Source: Mobula hypostoma (taxonomy: Eukaryota). Taken from it: a stretch of DNA of 64,000 nucleotides. The stretch's first letter is position 1. Each line of letters starts with the position of its first letter. This document shows positions 1-13,192 of the stretch, piece after piece. The translations under genes and the position numbers were made by a program. Location of the stretch: assembly GCF_963921235.1 (NCBI RefSeq), contig NC_086097.1, positions 169,324,001 through 169,388,000 on the forward strand, given 5' to 3'. The notes under the pieces were generated by a model. The model ran no database searches. It saw only the letters and a list, made by a program, of their open reading frames with translations, and was not told the origin of the DNA.

Positions 1-1175
1 CTGTGGGAGGATGGGAGGGAGGAGAAACAGCAAACACACAAACATTAATGGGAGCTGAATATTGGGCCACAGGCAGTAATGAGAATTAAGGGCACAGTAC
101 ATTATCAGTGAAATTAGAGGTGTATGTAATAACCATAATAATTACAGCAGACTTAATTTTGCATATAGACAAAGCAAACTAAATTCTTGGATCCAACTCC
201 CTCAGTACATTGAGTTGGAGGTGGCAGGATGACAGTGAAAAAATTTTGAAGGGATAGGTATAGTACTTGCAGAAAGAACACAGACCATGGGGTACTAAAG
301 TAATTCTACAGAATTCAGCCCTTTTACTTGTACTCTACAGCTGCTGCTCAACCTACAAAGTCCCTCCAGCAGATTCTTTATTGCTTCAGATTCCAGCAGA
401 CACAATGCACTTGTACCTCACTATACTTGTGCGCGTGATAATAAACTTGACTTGGGCCAACTATTTCTATTTCTTCCATTGCAAGCCATGACCTTAAATC
501 CATCTCCTGTATCCACCTTCACTTTCAGTAGGCAAAAAAGCTCACAATCAAGACTGTAACCATCTAGTCAGCAACCTCTGCCCTTCTGCTCCCTTTTTTT
601 CATCTTCCAAACAAAGTGCCCACTGCTCTTCCCAGCTTCTGTTCTAGTGAATCTTTTCTCTCACTCTCTTCTGAATTCATGCTGTCCATGAAACATGCAG
701 CCTAATCCACCAACATCACTTCTCCTAAACACCTTATCATCCACTTCATGGACATCACAGTCTGTTCTTTCAGCAAGTACAAACCCATTCTCCTTCAAAA
801 ATTTCCTCTGTAATCCTACCACCTACAGAACTTAACTGTTGGTCAAACAACTGGCTTACAACCTTCGCTGCTTTACAAAGCCTTTGAATATTTTGAAGTC
901 TGACACATGCACACTGAACTTGCAAAAAGTTCTTGTTTGAATCTCTTCAATGGGAGAATAGAGGAGAGACTAAATGGATAGAACTTAATTACTTCTAATT
1001 AACAGTTCTCATCAGCTGAACAAAATGGATATACACCAAAGTCAATCCTAAAGGATCAGGTGATAGAATAGTAATGGGAGTCACTGCTAACTTTTTAAGC
1101 ATGTAATCTTTCCAATATTTATTAACGGAGTATTGAAAACTCTGACAAGAGTAATTAAAATGTTCATTAATTCAC

Positions 1176-1374
1176 CTGAACTTGACCCAGCTGCAGTATT
1201 AGGAAAATGTATAGTTCGATTCTTTATCCTTAACTTGCTAGGTGGAGATTTTGATGGAGTTTTTGATACATGTAGGTTAGGAGCCCAAGGTTCTGTGTCC
1301 AGTACTACATTTGGACTTTGTGTAGCTGCAGAAGTATCCATTGTTACATCTTCCCGAATTTGTACTTTAATTAA
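1176..1374 (-). CDS. CEP192: CEP192 exon (199 bp, phase 0-1; last in window, gene continues beyond position 1)
   Basis: tttcag|TTAATT...TCAG|gtgaat; LIKVQIREDVTMD...PPSKLRIKNRTIHFPNTAAGSSS. Confidence 0.92.
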
Positions 1375-2466
1375 CTGAAAAGAAAAACACGTTACTTGTG
1401 AACACAGAATAATACAGAAACAAAAGTTAATTATAATTCTGCGAGTTTGGTAATGTTAATATTCAAATGGCTTAGCCCATTTTGGCAAGACTTAAGCTTC
1501 AATCTTTTAAATGTTTTAAAATGAGAACACAAATTTTAGTTAAAATAGAAGTGCATTGGTATACACTTAGACATGTTGCATTTATAGTGCCTGTTTAATG
1601 AGGTGTCTCTTAAATGAGGTGATCGTGTCTGACTCTACCACCTTTTCTTGTACAAAGTTCCCTAAAATCCCTTTTAAAACTTCTTCTGCTTACCTAAAAT
1701 CTATGCCCTCTTGTTTTTGATACCCATACCATGGAACAGGGATGATGATAATCTACTCAACTTATGCCAATTATAATCTTACATATCTCTATCAGGTCAC
1801 CCTGCAGCCTCTTACTTGAGAGTAAACAAGGTTTACCAATCTAATCTCTTCCCATAACTAAACTCATCCAATCCTGGCAACCCCTGTACTCTTCGTAGTG
1901 TGGTCTAACCCAAGTGTTTATAAAGTTACAGAACATCACATACCTATGAAGATAAGCACGCTAAATCCCTTCTTTACCGCCCAATTTATCTATGTTGCCA
2001 TTTTCAGGGAACTATGGACTTGAACCCTTAAGACACTCTGGTTAAGATTTCTTAGCGCTACCATTTTCTGCACATAATCGACTCTCATTTGACATTCCAA
2101 AATGCATCAACTTGCACATCAAAATTAATTTCCATCTGCCAATGCTCAACACTAATCTCCATCTGATCTATATCCTACTGCAGCCTCAGACGATACATCT
2201 TGATGTCCCAATTGACTTGGCGGTTGGTCAGTCCATAGGAAACTAATAATCAAAAGACATTTATATTAACAGCAATCCAGTAAACAAATAAAACCCTTCT
2301 CCATGCATGTCAACTCTTCCAGCTCTACTTCAATCTGCTTGTTACATGCAGTAGTCACCAGAATACACATGTACTTTGATAATAAATTTACTTTGACTTG
2401 ACTTTGAATAAAACAGGAAATCCCACATTCAGAAAAAAACCCAAAATGATATTATTTATTTCCTAC

Positions 2467-2572
2467 CTGCTGATGATTATCACAGTGCACATAAATCTGT
2501 CCACTCCATGGCACAGCACAAGGTTTACCAACGAGAGAAGGATTTGGACTCACAAGTATTAGTAAATGGCTC
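2467..2572 (-). CDS. CEP192: CEP192 exon (106 bp, phase 2-0)
   Basis: AG/GT boundaries; SHLLILVSPNPSLVGKPCAVPWSGQIYVHCDNHQQ. Confidence 0.93.
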
Positions 2573-3842
2573 CTGATGGAAAACAACAAAGCATTATGTA
2601 ACTATGGAATTACCATACTTTACCTGAAAAATTTCAATGCACTTGCAATCCTCATTTAGATATTAGAAGCAAATGTGCCCATGTTATGGCCAGTTTATGA
2701 AGTTTCCCATTTTGGAATTCAAAATCACTACCAAAAATTTGTGATGTGGAATAAAATATGCTCTAATGGAATTTGTGGGATACAGTAAATTAAATGAACA
2801 CAAAATGCAAAAGAAAAAATTTGGTCAAATTTTAAAATTTTAGTTACTCAATACATTGGGGCAATGCAATTTGGATACAAGGTATCTTATTTGAGTGGGT
2901 TTGCAGTCACAGCTGAGCTTCTCTTTTGCCATGCCCTCTCTAATCCAAGGACATGTGAATATATTGTCTTAGAATGCAACTCTACTGCACTCTTCACCTG
3001 TCCTGCAGTTTTCTGTAATTCCAAATAAAGGCATCAAACTCCAAGCCCAAAGCTGATTGCCTTTTTCCCCAGATCTTCATTATATTATAATGTAGCTAAA
3101 AGTCAGAGTAGGTAGAAGTAAGGGAGAAAGACTACAAAAACAAGTTCATGACCTTGTATTGTGCCAAGTTTTCCAGGCAACACTTTCCATATTTCAATCC
3201 AGTTAGTTGCCTGCTGCTTCTCATACTTAGATATTTGGTATCTAAAGTCCAGGATCATAAACCTGTGCACTATTTTAGGGGGAAAAAATGAATACTGCAT
3301 GCTCTTCTAGTTAAATACTAATTAAGTCCAAACTTAAAGGGTTAAAAATAAGCAACTAAGTTTTGACTTGGATTTTGCAACAAGTAATCAGTAGTGAAGC
3401 TAATCAGTGTTCACTGTTATGCTGAAATAAATTGTAAAGTAATTTCCTGTATCTGCATATACAATTAAATATAAAATTCAAAAACTTGTACTCATGTTGA
3501 CAAGCTCAGACAAGCTTTACAACAGTGGTATTTTGTTATTTGATTTTGTATTTAAACAAATGGCATTATAAATACATGTAAAATGGTAGAATGAATTCAG
3601 GCATTTCAAACATTTTAGGAGAACTTTTAACTCTGTTAAAGCTAAATAACTGCCAAACAACTTAATTCATCAAGTACTGAGTCTCTTTCAGTTAATTTTA
3701 GAAGAACATAAAAAGTATCTGATATGGTTCAAAAATATTTTTATATATTCATTAACATTATGCTTCAGAGGAAAACATTTATTGCCTATCCCTAACTACT
3801 AGCTGACAGTGGTAAAGTGCCTTTTTTCCAACTCTGCTATTC

Positions 3843-4467
3843 GGAATCAGGTTTATTATCACCAGCATGTGTTGTGAAATTTGTTAACTTAGCAGCAGTA
3901 GTTCAATGCCATACAAAATATAGAAGAAAAATATACAAGTAAATCAATTACAGTATATATATATTGAATAGATTAAAAATCATGCAAAAACAGAAATAAT
4001 ATATTTTAAAAAGTAAGGTAGTATTCAGGGGCTCAATGTCCATTTAGGAATCGGATAGCAGAGGGGAAGAAGCTGTTCCTGAATCGCTGAGTGTGTGCCT
4101 TTGGGCTTCTGTACCTCCTGTCTGATGGTAACAATGAGAAAAGGGCATGCCCTGGGTGCTGGGGGCCCTTAATAATGGACGCTGCCTTTCTGAGACACCG
4201 CTCCTCGAAGATGTCCTGGGTACTTTGTAGGCTAGCACCGCCCCGCCCCCCCCATTCCAGACAGTGACGTAGCCTGTCAGAAGGCTCTCCAGGCATCTAC
4301 AGAAGTTTTTGAGTGTGTTTGTTGACATGCCAAATCTCTTTAAACTCCAAATAAAGTTTAGTCGCTGTCTTGCCTTCTTTATAACTACATCGATATGTTG
4401 TGACCAGGTTAGATCCTCACAGATCTTGACACCCAGGAACTTGAAACTGCTCACTCTCTCCACTTCT
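3843..4467 (-). mobile_element. Rex1/Babar-like LINE, 3' part (interrupted by L1)
   Basis: VERVSSFKFLGV...DLTWSQHIDVVIKKARQRL...FRNSFFPSAIRFLN; same family as 31339-33012 and 59177-59725. Confidence 0.8.
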
Positions 4468-7400
4468 TTTTTTTTATAATTTTTTTTATTGAAGTTCATC
4501 AAACATTTCCATATTTCAGATACTGTACATATATATCATATAGTCATATTTGCCACAAATCTCCACATAATATTTATCTGAGGTATACACTTACAGAAAA
4601 GAGAGGAAAGAAAGAACAACCAAAAGGAACAAGCAAACTATGTACACGTAGGGAGTAATTTATTTTTACAACATATTCACTGATTTGTGAGAATAAAATC
4701 AGGCCTATGAGGTGTTATGTAGTTAAACCATTTTTCCCAGTATGAATCAAATTGTTCCAACTTATGATTAACAGATGCTGTTATCTTCTCCATTTTGTAA
4801 ATGTCCATTGTAATTTCCATCCATATGTTTAAAATTGGGCTGTCTTGTGATGACCATTTCCTGGTAAGAGTCTTTTTACCAGACACCAGCAGTATATTCA
4901 TTAAATATTTATCTCTTTTCAACCATTCTTGAGGTAGGTACCCAAAATATATACTCTTCTTCTTTGGAGAGAAGGAGGATGAGAGGAGACATGATAGAGG
5001 TGTACAAGATATTAAGAGGAATAGATAGAATGGATAGCCAGCACCACTTCCCTTAGGGCACCACTGCTCAATACAAGAGGGCATGGCTTTAAGGTAAGGG
5101 GTGGGAAGTTCAAGGGGGATATTAGAGGAAGGTTTTTTTACTCAGAGTGGTTGGTGCGTGGAATGCACTGCCTGAGTCACTGGTGGAGGCAGATACACTA
5201 GTGAAGTTTAAGAGACTACTAGACAGGAAGATGGAGAAATTTAAGATGGGGGGTTATATGGGAGGCAGGATTTCAGGGTCAGCACAACATTGTCGGCCGA
5301 AGGCCCTGTAATGTGCTGTACTATTCTAAAAAAAAATCGTCTTACTTTCTACGGGTATTTCATATTTAAAGATGTCTTGTAGGGCATTGTGTATCCCACT
5401 CCAATAGTCATTGATAACAGGGCGTTCCCAGAAAATATGATAATGGTTTGCATTTTGAATCAACAATTCTTCCAGCAAACAGGGTGGTTACTATCATAAT
5501 GGGATTTCTGAGAGGGTGTAATAAAATATCTTATCAAGTTTTTCCACCTGAACTCCCTCCATTTCTGTGAACTGGTACACTTCCATTGATATCTCCATAT
5601 TATTGTCCATTCTTCCTCAGATATTATTATCCCTCTTTCCTTCTCCCATTTTGTTTTAATGTATGAAGTCGTATGTGTTTTAAGATTTGACAAACACTTA
5701 TACACGCTTCAAATTATTCTACTACCGTTGTCTGAATTATATGTTTTTCTAAATAGCTCTATCAGACATGTACTTGCCTTGGTTACATTTTTAACCGTCC
5801 TATTAACATACTGTTGCATCAGTAAATACCAATAAAAGTCTTGTCTTTCTAATAAGTATTTCTCTTTAAGCATTTTAAAATAGAAGTGTTCCTTCTTTCA
5901 TTATATTGCAAAGAACTGTTATTCCTTTAGCTGTCCAGTCCTTAAATCCAGGTGGTTCGGCGTAAAATCTGAGTCATATGCACACCATTTAAGAATTGCA
6001 ATATCTCCCTCTAGTTTATATTCTTTTGTAATAGTTTTTCATATTTTAAGCGTCTATTTCACCCATGGGTTATCAATGGTATTTATGTAACTTTGAAGGT
6101 TATCAGCTAAAATTGCCTGTATGGGGATGGAAAATATCCTCTCTTCACTGTTTTTCCATTGAGCGTCATATGATGGGTTGCACCGGCATATCACAGTTCT
6201 CAACTGTGCTGCAAAATAATAATCTCTACCAGAAGGTAGGCCCCATTCCCCTCCCCCTTTCCCTTGGCTAATTGCAAAGTTTTGAGACGAACTCTAGGCC
6301 TTTTATCTTGTCACATATATCTTGATAACATTTTGTTCCATTCATTGAATTGATTTTGGTTCATCTCTGTTGGTAGGGTCTGAAAGAGATATAATAGTCT
6401 GGGCAGTATATTCATTTTAATGGATTCAATCCTTGAACTGAGACGAAAAAAAGGAATTAGGTTCCACCTTGTTATATCTTCTTTAATTTTTTTATATATA
6501 CGTGGATAATTGCATTCTGATGATTTTGCCAAATCTTTTGGTATAATGATGCTCAAATAATTGAAAGACTGTTTGCCATACCTAGTGATATCTACTTTCA
6601 ATTTCTCTTGGTGGGCTATAGTTATATGAAAGTAATTGGATTTTACCTATGTTGATCTTGGATCCTGATTATTGACCATATTGTTCAAAGGACTGCATCA
6701 ATTTAGGTAAAGAGTCTGTTGGTTGCCCTAGATAGATCAAAATGTCATCCGCGTAACAGGCCAATTTATGCTCTCTGTCTCTTTAATAGTAATTCCTTCA
6801 TTTTGTCTGATGTATTGAGCTAATGGTTCCAGATATAATGCGAAGAGTAGCGGTGACCATGAACAACCCTCTCTCGTGCCCCTTTCTAGGGTAAAACTAT
6901 TCGATAAAAATCCATCGATTTTAATCCTAGCAGTAGGGTTGTCATATAGTGCCTGTATACTTTTAATAATTGTCATGGAAACCAAACCTATGTAAAACTC
7001 TGTAAAGAGAACTCCAATTAACTGAATCAAATGCCTTTTCAGCGTCCACGCTTATCACTACTGCTTTGATTTTATTTTTTTGCATACGGGCCATAATGTG
7101 AAGTGTCCTTCGTATATTGTCTTGTGTTTGGCGTTGTTGTATAAAACCTGTCTGAGCATTATGTATCAGTGTGGAGAAACTCTTCTAATTGTTTGGCGAT
7201 GATGGGAGGTAAATAATCTATAATCCACATTAAGAATGGATATTGGTCTAAATGACCCACATTCCATTTTATCCTTGCCATCTCAGTACAGCTGAGATTA
7301 TCGCCTCCTTCCACCAGGGTGGCATTTGCGCCTTTTTTAGAACCCAGTTCAGCGTAGGAAGTAAAACAGGAATTAACTCTTTTTTAAATTCTTTATACCA

Positions 7401-10345
7401 CTCTGCTGTATATCCATTCGATCCTGGTGACTTGCTTAATTTAAGCCTACTAATTGCAGTTTTTAGTTCAGCTTCAGTTATGTCAGCAGTCATCATTCTA
7501 TTTTGTTCTTCGCTTAAAGTGGGTAACTCTACAGAATTCAGGAAGGTGTCAATTTGGGTTATGCTTCACCCCGGGACTTTAGAATATAGAGTTTTGTAAA
7601 ACACTTCAAAAGCTTCTTGAATTTCACTTAGCTCATTTTCTTAAATCACTTTTGTTCCTGGATCCCTAATTCTATGAATTGTATTTTCTGCTAACTTTTT
7701 TTTTGTCTCCACGCCAGTATTTTCATAGATTTAAATCCACTTTCATAGTGTCTCTGTTTCAGAAACATTAAATTTTTCCTGATTTTTTTTTGTGTAGCCA
7801 AACTATTAATTTCATTCCTAATTTCTTAAATTTCCTCTAATGTATCCTGTGCCAAACTCAATTTGTGTTTTTTTCTAGTTCCTTCAGCTTATTTTGTAAT
7901 TCTTCTAATGTTTTATTCCTTATTTTTTTCTTACATGAAGATATCGCTATAATTTTCCCTCTTAAGACAGCCTTCAGAGAATCCCATAGAATGGAAGGTG
8001 AAACATCTCCATTACCATTGAGTTTCCAAATAGTATTCTTTGGTTATCGGTCAAAGTCAATAGATAAATATATAGATGCATGGTCACTTACATCTATTGT
8101 CCCAATTCCACAGGTGTTTATTTTGTCTTTATCTTTTCCAAATGTTACGAAATAGTCTATTCTTGTATATACAGAATGGGGGGCAGAATAATGAGTATAA
8201 TCCCTTCTGTCAGGGAAAAGGTCCCTCCATATATCAGTTAGACCAACATCCTCAAAAAGTGTGTTAACTTTCTTATGTAAGGACTTTGTTTCATAGGTTT
8301 CTCTATTGGAAGAGTTTAACTTTAGTTGTAATTGTAAATTTAAGTCTCCCCCACATATCAAGAGATCTTCTGTTTCTGTTACCATAATATTAGTAGTTTT
8401 CTGGAAGAAACTAATATCACTTCCTGGGGGTGCGTATATAAGAGTAACTGAATTTCCATCTATATTCCCCCTTACCAGAATATATCTGCCCTCCTTATCT
8501 CCCATTTCGAATACTTTTTCAAAATTTAGCTTGCTTGAGATAAGAATAGCAACTCCTCTCCTATGTCCTGATTTATATGAGGAGAAAAACAAATTAGTGA
8601 AGCCCATTGTCTTTAGTTTTCCATGCTCATTTTCACTTGTGACTTTCCTGAAAATATACAACATGAGCTTGTTCTTTCTTCATTTTTGATAGAATTTTAC
8701 TGCATTTGATTGGATTTAACAGCCCACTGACATTAAAAGAAATGAATTTTACTTTGTCCTTAGCTATGTGTATTTATCTGTCAAGTATATCATTGAAATT
8801 AGCAGAATAAAACTTAATCGATCTACTCCCTGAGCAAATAAGAACCAAGAAATGCGAATTTAAAAAAAGCTAACGAAGGTATGATTCCAAGGCTAAGGTC
8901 TCTAGTAGATGACCATGGGTTGAGCTAGAGGAAACTTCTAGCCATGGGGGAAAGCCTCTCCTACCTGTGAGTTGAGGGCCCCCACTGCAGTACCCATAAA
9001 AGTGAAAAAAACTATGTCCATTACACAGAAAAGATTTCCCTGTGTATTCCTCCCATGTATATATTCTCGTTTAGGTGGGGAAAAAGGACTGAATGAATCA
9101 ATAAAAAATAAAATAATTAAGTAATATAAAATCCACATTGTAATATGTATTTTTTTGAGATAAGAATAGCACCGTTTATTTTTGCTTCTGTTTAACTTAT
9201 CAACACTTTTCAAATTAGTCAGACCTTATGGCTCTTCTGGAGGGGGTGAGGGCTGTCTTCTGAAAACTCAGTCTCTTCCTGATATTCTTCTCTCACCCTC
9301 CTCCTGTCCCCTGCTTTCTTGATTCTCTATTTCCCAAGCAGAGCGGGATAGCTGCTCAGCCAGGCTTTCCCTTGGTTTGATCATGCTGACGGGCAACCCT
9401 CTGTCCTTCATGTCTGCAGTCGCTTCTTCCACTGTCTGATACAGCTGCATATGTCTTCATAAAGCACACGCAGTTTAGCAGGGGACGGAGTCTGGAAGCT
9501 AATCTTTCTTCGCTTTAATACTCGCTTCGCTTCAGAATATTCCTTACGTTTCTGCAGGACCGCTGGGGGGTAACCTTGATCAAACTATATTAATTTCCCG
9601 TTCAAAAATACCTTCTTCTTTCCCCAGGCCTTGCGCAGAATCTCTGCTTTGGTTTTGTACCAAAGGAATCCAATTACTATTGACCGTGGCTCATCTTCCC
9701 TGTCTCCAGAAGGCCTCGGGACGAGCGAGCGATGTGCTCTCTCAATGTCAATTTCCATAGTCGATGGAATCTCCAGCGTCTCCCAAGATAACTTTTCTAC
9801 AAACTCCACCACAGACAACCCCTCCGCTCCTTCAGGAACATTATATATCATGATATTCTTCCGTCGTGACCTTCCTTCTTGGTCGAGTAGTTTATTTTCT
9901 TGTTGATTTAACACTTTTATCATCTTACTTAGCATCCGTTCCACGTTTTGAACGCGATCTTCCACCTTTTCAATTCGTGTCTTTGCCACCGTTATCTTTT
10001 GATTAAAGTTGGTGAGCTCTGACTTGATATCATTTATTTGCTATTTTATGCCTTTTTGGAATTCCTGTATCTGTATTTGCCACTTAACCTGAACGAGGCT
10101 CAGCGTCAGCCTCGCTACCACGCGCTCATGTAGGAGAGCCGCTTATTGCACCCCTCTCGTCCACAGGTTCCACAGTGATGCTTTTTTAAAAACTCCATTC
10201 CTTTTCCCCATTCTTGCCCCCCTTACCAGTTCAGATATTTTTGAGAGGTCTTGTATTTGGCAGATTAACGGGACAAAGTAAGCGTTTTTCCGGAGGAGCT
10301 ATTATTTTAGGCTGCCATTCTGGATGATGACGTCACCGAAACCCC
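4468..10345 (-). mobile_element. Full-length, degenerate L1-clade LINE (about 5.9 kb; ORF1 about 10211-9245, ORF2 about 8767-4677)
   Basis: 16-bp TSD CACTCTCTCCACTTCT at 4452-4467 and 10346-10361; A-rich tail with AATAAA; ORF1 L1 motifs (EGRSRRKNI, IERAHR); ORF2 APE (GGDLN, YTRIDYF, SDH) and RT ([16 protein letters not shown]); many frameshifts and stops. Confidence 0.93.
4953..5336 (+). mobile_element. CR1-like LINE 3' fragment inserted into L1 ORF2
   Basis: RRRMRGDMIEVYKILRGIDR...TRGHG...WNALP CR1 C-terminus plus 3' UTR; interrupts L1 ...ESKT|IYFGYLPQ. Confidence 0.8.
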
Positions 10346-11335
10346 CACTCTCTCCACTTCTGATCCCTATGAGGATTGGTATGTGTTCCTTTGTCTTACC
10401 CTTCCTGAAGTCCACAATCGGCTCTTTCATCTTACTGACTTTGAGCACAAGGTTGTTGCTGCAACACCGCTCCACTAGTTGGTATATCTCAATCCTATCT
10501 GTCCTCTCGTCACCACCTGCGATTCTACCAACAACGGTTGTATCATCACCAATTTTATAGATGGTATTTGAGCTATGCCTAGCCATACTGTCATGGGTAT
10601 AGAGGGTAGAGCAGCGGGTTAAGCACACCCTCAAGGTGCGCCAGTGTTAATTATCAATGAGGAGATGTTATCACCAATTCGCACAGATTGTGGTCTTCTG
10701 GTTAAGAAGTCAAGGATCTAACTACAGAGGGAGGTACTGAGGCTCAGGTTCTGTAACTTATCAATCAGGATTGTGGGAATGTTGGCGTTAAATGCTGAGC
10801 TATAGTCGATGAACAGCATCCTGACGTAGGTGTTTGTATTGTCCAGGTGGTCTAAAGCCGTGTGAAGAGCCATTGAGATTGTGTCTGCTGCTGATCTATT
10901 GTGGCAATAGGCAAATTACAGTGGGTCCAGGTCCTTGCTGAGGCAGGAGTTCAGTCTAGTCCAACTCCAGAGAAGTCCAACCTCTCAAAGCATTCCACTG
11001 TAGATGCGAGTGCAATCTTATCTACTGATGTCTATTATAAACCAACTGACTCTCATAGCTACCTGGAATATACCTCTTCTCACCCTGTTACTTGTAAAAA
11101 TGCCATCCCCTTCTCTCAATTCCTCCCTCTCTGCACATCTGCTCTCAGAATGAGGCTTTTCATTCCAGTCATTAAGGTAGCTCACATTATTCTTCTCAGG
11201 CACCGGTATAATTGTTGCCTTTTTGAAGCAAGTGGAAACGTCTGCCTGTAGCAGTGAGAGGTTGAAAATGCCCTTGAATACTCCTGCCAGTTGGTTGGCA
11301 CAAGTTTTCAGAGTCTTCAAGGTTTTACCTAAAGG
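10346..11335 (-). mobile_element. Rex1/Babar-like LINE, RT part (5' continuation of 3843-4467)
   Basis: [20 protein letters not shown]...[33 protein letters not shown]; continuous with 3843-4467 once the L1 is removed. Confidence 0.82.
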
Positions 11336-11748
11336 TTCTCTAATTAATGTTTGTTGGGAGTTCCAATATTTTGAACTGGTGATTCTCTTTATTTTTATCT
11401 GATTTTATATAAAACGCATGATATTCCAATGTATTCTTCCTAGTTTTACATACAGATCTCTATGGAACCTTTTGAGCTGGTTCGTTGAAGAGATGCATTT
11501 GGCATGTGCTGCTCAGAATGATCGCCTGTTAAAGATACAATGCCATAGAGATATCTTGCACTAGAAATGCTTCTTCCAGTTGTGAATGTAATACAATTTA
11601 ATTACTGTTGGTTCCCAAAATCTTTAGCTCAAATTTATTTTCAAACAAATAAAAATGAAAATAGAATTTGGCACCAATACAACTTGCACTTCAACTCGTA
11701 ATTTAAAAAATACCTTCTCATTTGAATGCTAAACAAGTTTATACATAC

Positions 11749-11872
11749 TCTGGGTCAACAACTCCATGCTGGGGTGTCACTGTTAAAGTGTGTGCTGGCC
11801 AAGACAGCTCAAAAGACAAAGATCTAGTGCAGCGGTTTATAATCTGTACGCGTCCAGTTGGTACTGATCCAT
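11749..11872 (-). CDS. CEP192: CEP192 exon (124 bp, phase 1-2)
   Basis: AG/GT boundaries; DGSVPTGRVQIINRCTRSLSFELSWPAHTLTVTPQHGVVDP. Confidence 0.95.
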
Positions 11873-12009
11873 CTATAAAAGGGGAAACAAATTTGATTTT
11901 ATATAAAACACGCAAATAGGCCAAGAATTCACCACTACCCTGTGGGACTTCAGTTGATTTTTATCAAGTACATATCATGGCTAGCAAATCCACAGTAAAG
12001 GATAAATCA

Positions 12010-12170
12010 CGGCTTCAGCAGCCCAGGTTCAATCATGACCTCTGATGCAATCTGTGCAGAGTCTTCACATTCCCCTATCACCATATTGATTTCCTTTAGT
12101 TAAATGGATTCTTCTCACACTCCAAAGACCTGCTTAGTAGATTAACTGGCTGTCTTAAAATTACTTCCAA
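12010..12170 (+). mobile_element. Degenerate tRNA-derived SINE (V-SINE/HE1-like) fragment
   Basis: B-box-like GGTTCAAT followed by tgtgcagagtcttcacattcccc...ctccaaagac...tagattaactggc, resembling the V-SINE core; very diverged. Confidence 0.35.
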
Positions 12171-12745
12171 TGAAGATAGGAGGCAGAAAGATTATACAGG
12201 AATCAAAAAAAAATGGGCACATGTGGTAAAATAAATTGTACAAAAATAGGAGAAGATTTCTCTAATAAACAGCATAAACTTGATGGGTCGATGGATTCCT
12301 TCTACACCATAATATGATGTGTACTATTTTCAATTTCCAACATTAGCCAAAATTCTCTAAAAACAGAAAATGCTGGAAAAACTCAGGAGGTTGGGGAACA
12401 TATGTGGAAACAAAAACAGTTAATAATTAGGCCAGGAACTTTTAATACAGTACATGTTACCATAAGACTTAAAGGCTATTTTTTTAGCTTCTGTTCAGCT
12501 TCATGAGAACAGTGAAAGCTACAATGCAAAGAATAGGTGACCAGAAAGGCAGGGTTACAATTATGGACTGAAAGGAGGATGTTGATAAAGCAGTCACCCA
12601 AATCTGCATGAAAATAGTAATTTGGAAAAAAAAGTGATACCACGTCATGAGCACCGAAGTATATTAAATTTACAGAAACACAAGTAACTTGCCGTTCATT
12701 TGGAGGAAACGCTTACATGCACTGGTGGACCTAATGCGAAACGTA

Positions 12746-13004
12746 CAAACCCCATTTCCAGAAAAGTTGGGATATTTTCCAAAATGCAATAAAAACAAAA
12801 ATCTGTGATATGTTAATTCATGTGAACCTTTATTTAACTGACAAAAGTACAAAGAAAAGATTTTCAATAGCTTTACTGACCAACTTAATTGTATTTTGTA
12901 AACATAAACAAATTTAGAATTTAGAAACGTGAATTAACATATCACAGATTTTTGTTTTTATTGCATTTTGGAAAATATCCCAACTTTTCTCGAAATGGGG
13001 TTTG
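12746..13004. mobile_element. Tc1/mariner-derived MITE (259 bp)
   Basis: About 77-bp TIRs starting CAAACCCCATTTC..GAAAAGTTGGGATATTTTCC; TA on both sides; no coding capacity. Confidence 0.88.
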
Positions 13005-13192
13005 TAAATTAATAGGTAAAAACTCTATGCAAGAGACAATAGAGGTTGAAAAACAATGAAGCCAGATAGAAATATTGATTACACATTTTAAATTCAAAGG
13101 CTTAAACACTGTTCAGAAGAAAATGAGAAAATGAGATTAAGCCTCCCTCACTTTAAGATCTTTGCCAGTCAAAAAATGCTTATTTAAAATGT

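Noticed and set aside
4677..5084. 135-aa ORF as a novel chimeric gene
   Set aside because: Chance read-through from an antisense CR1 fragment into the L1 ORF2 C-terminus
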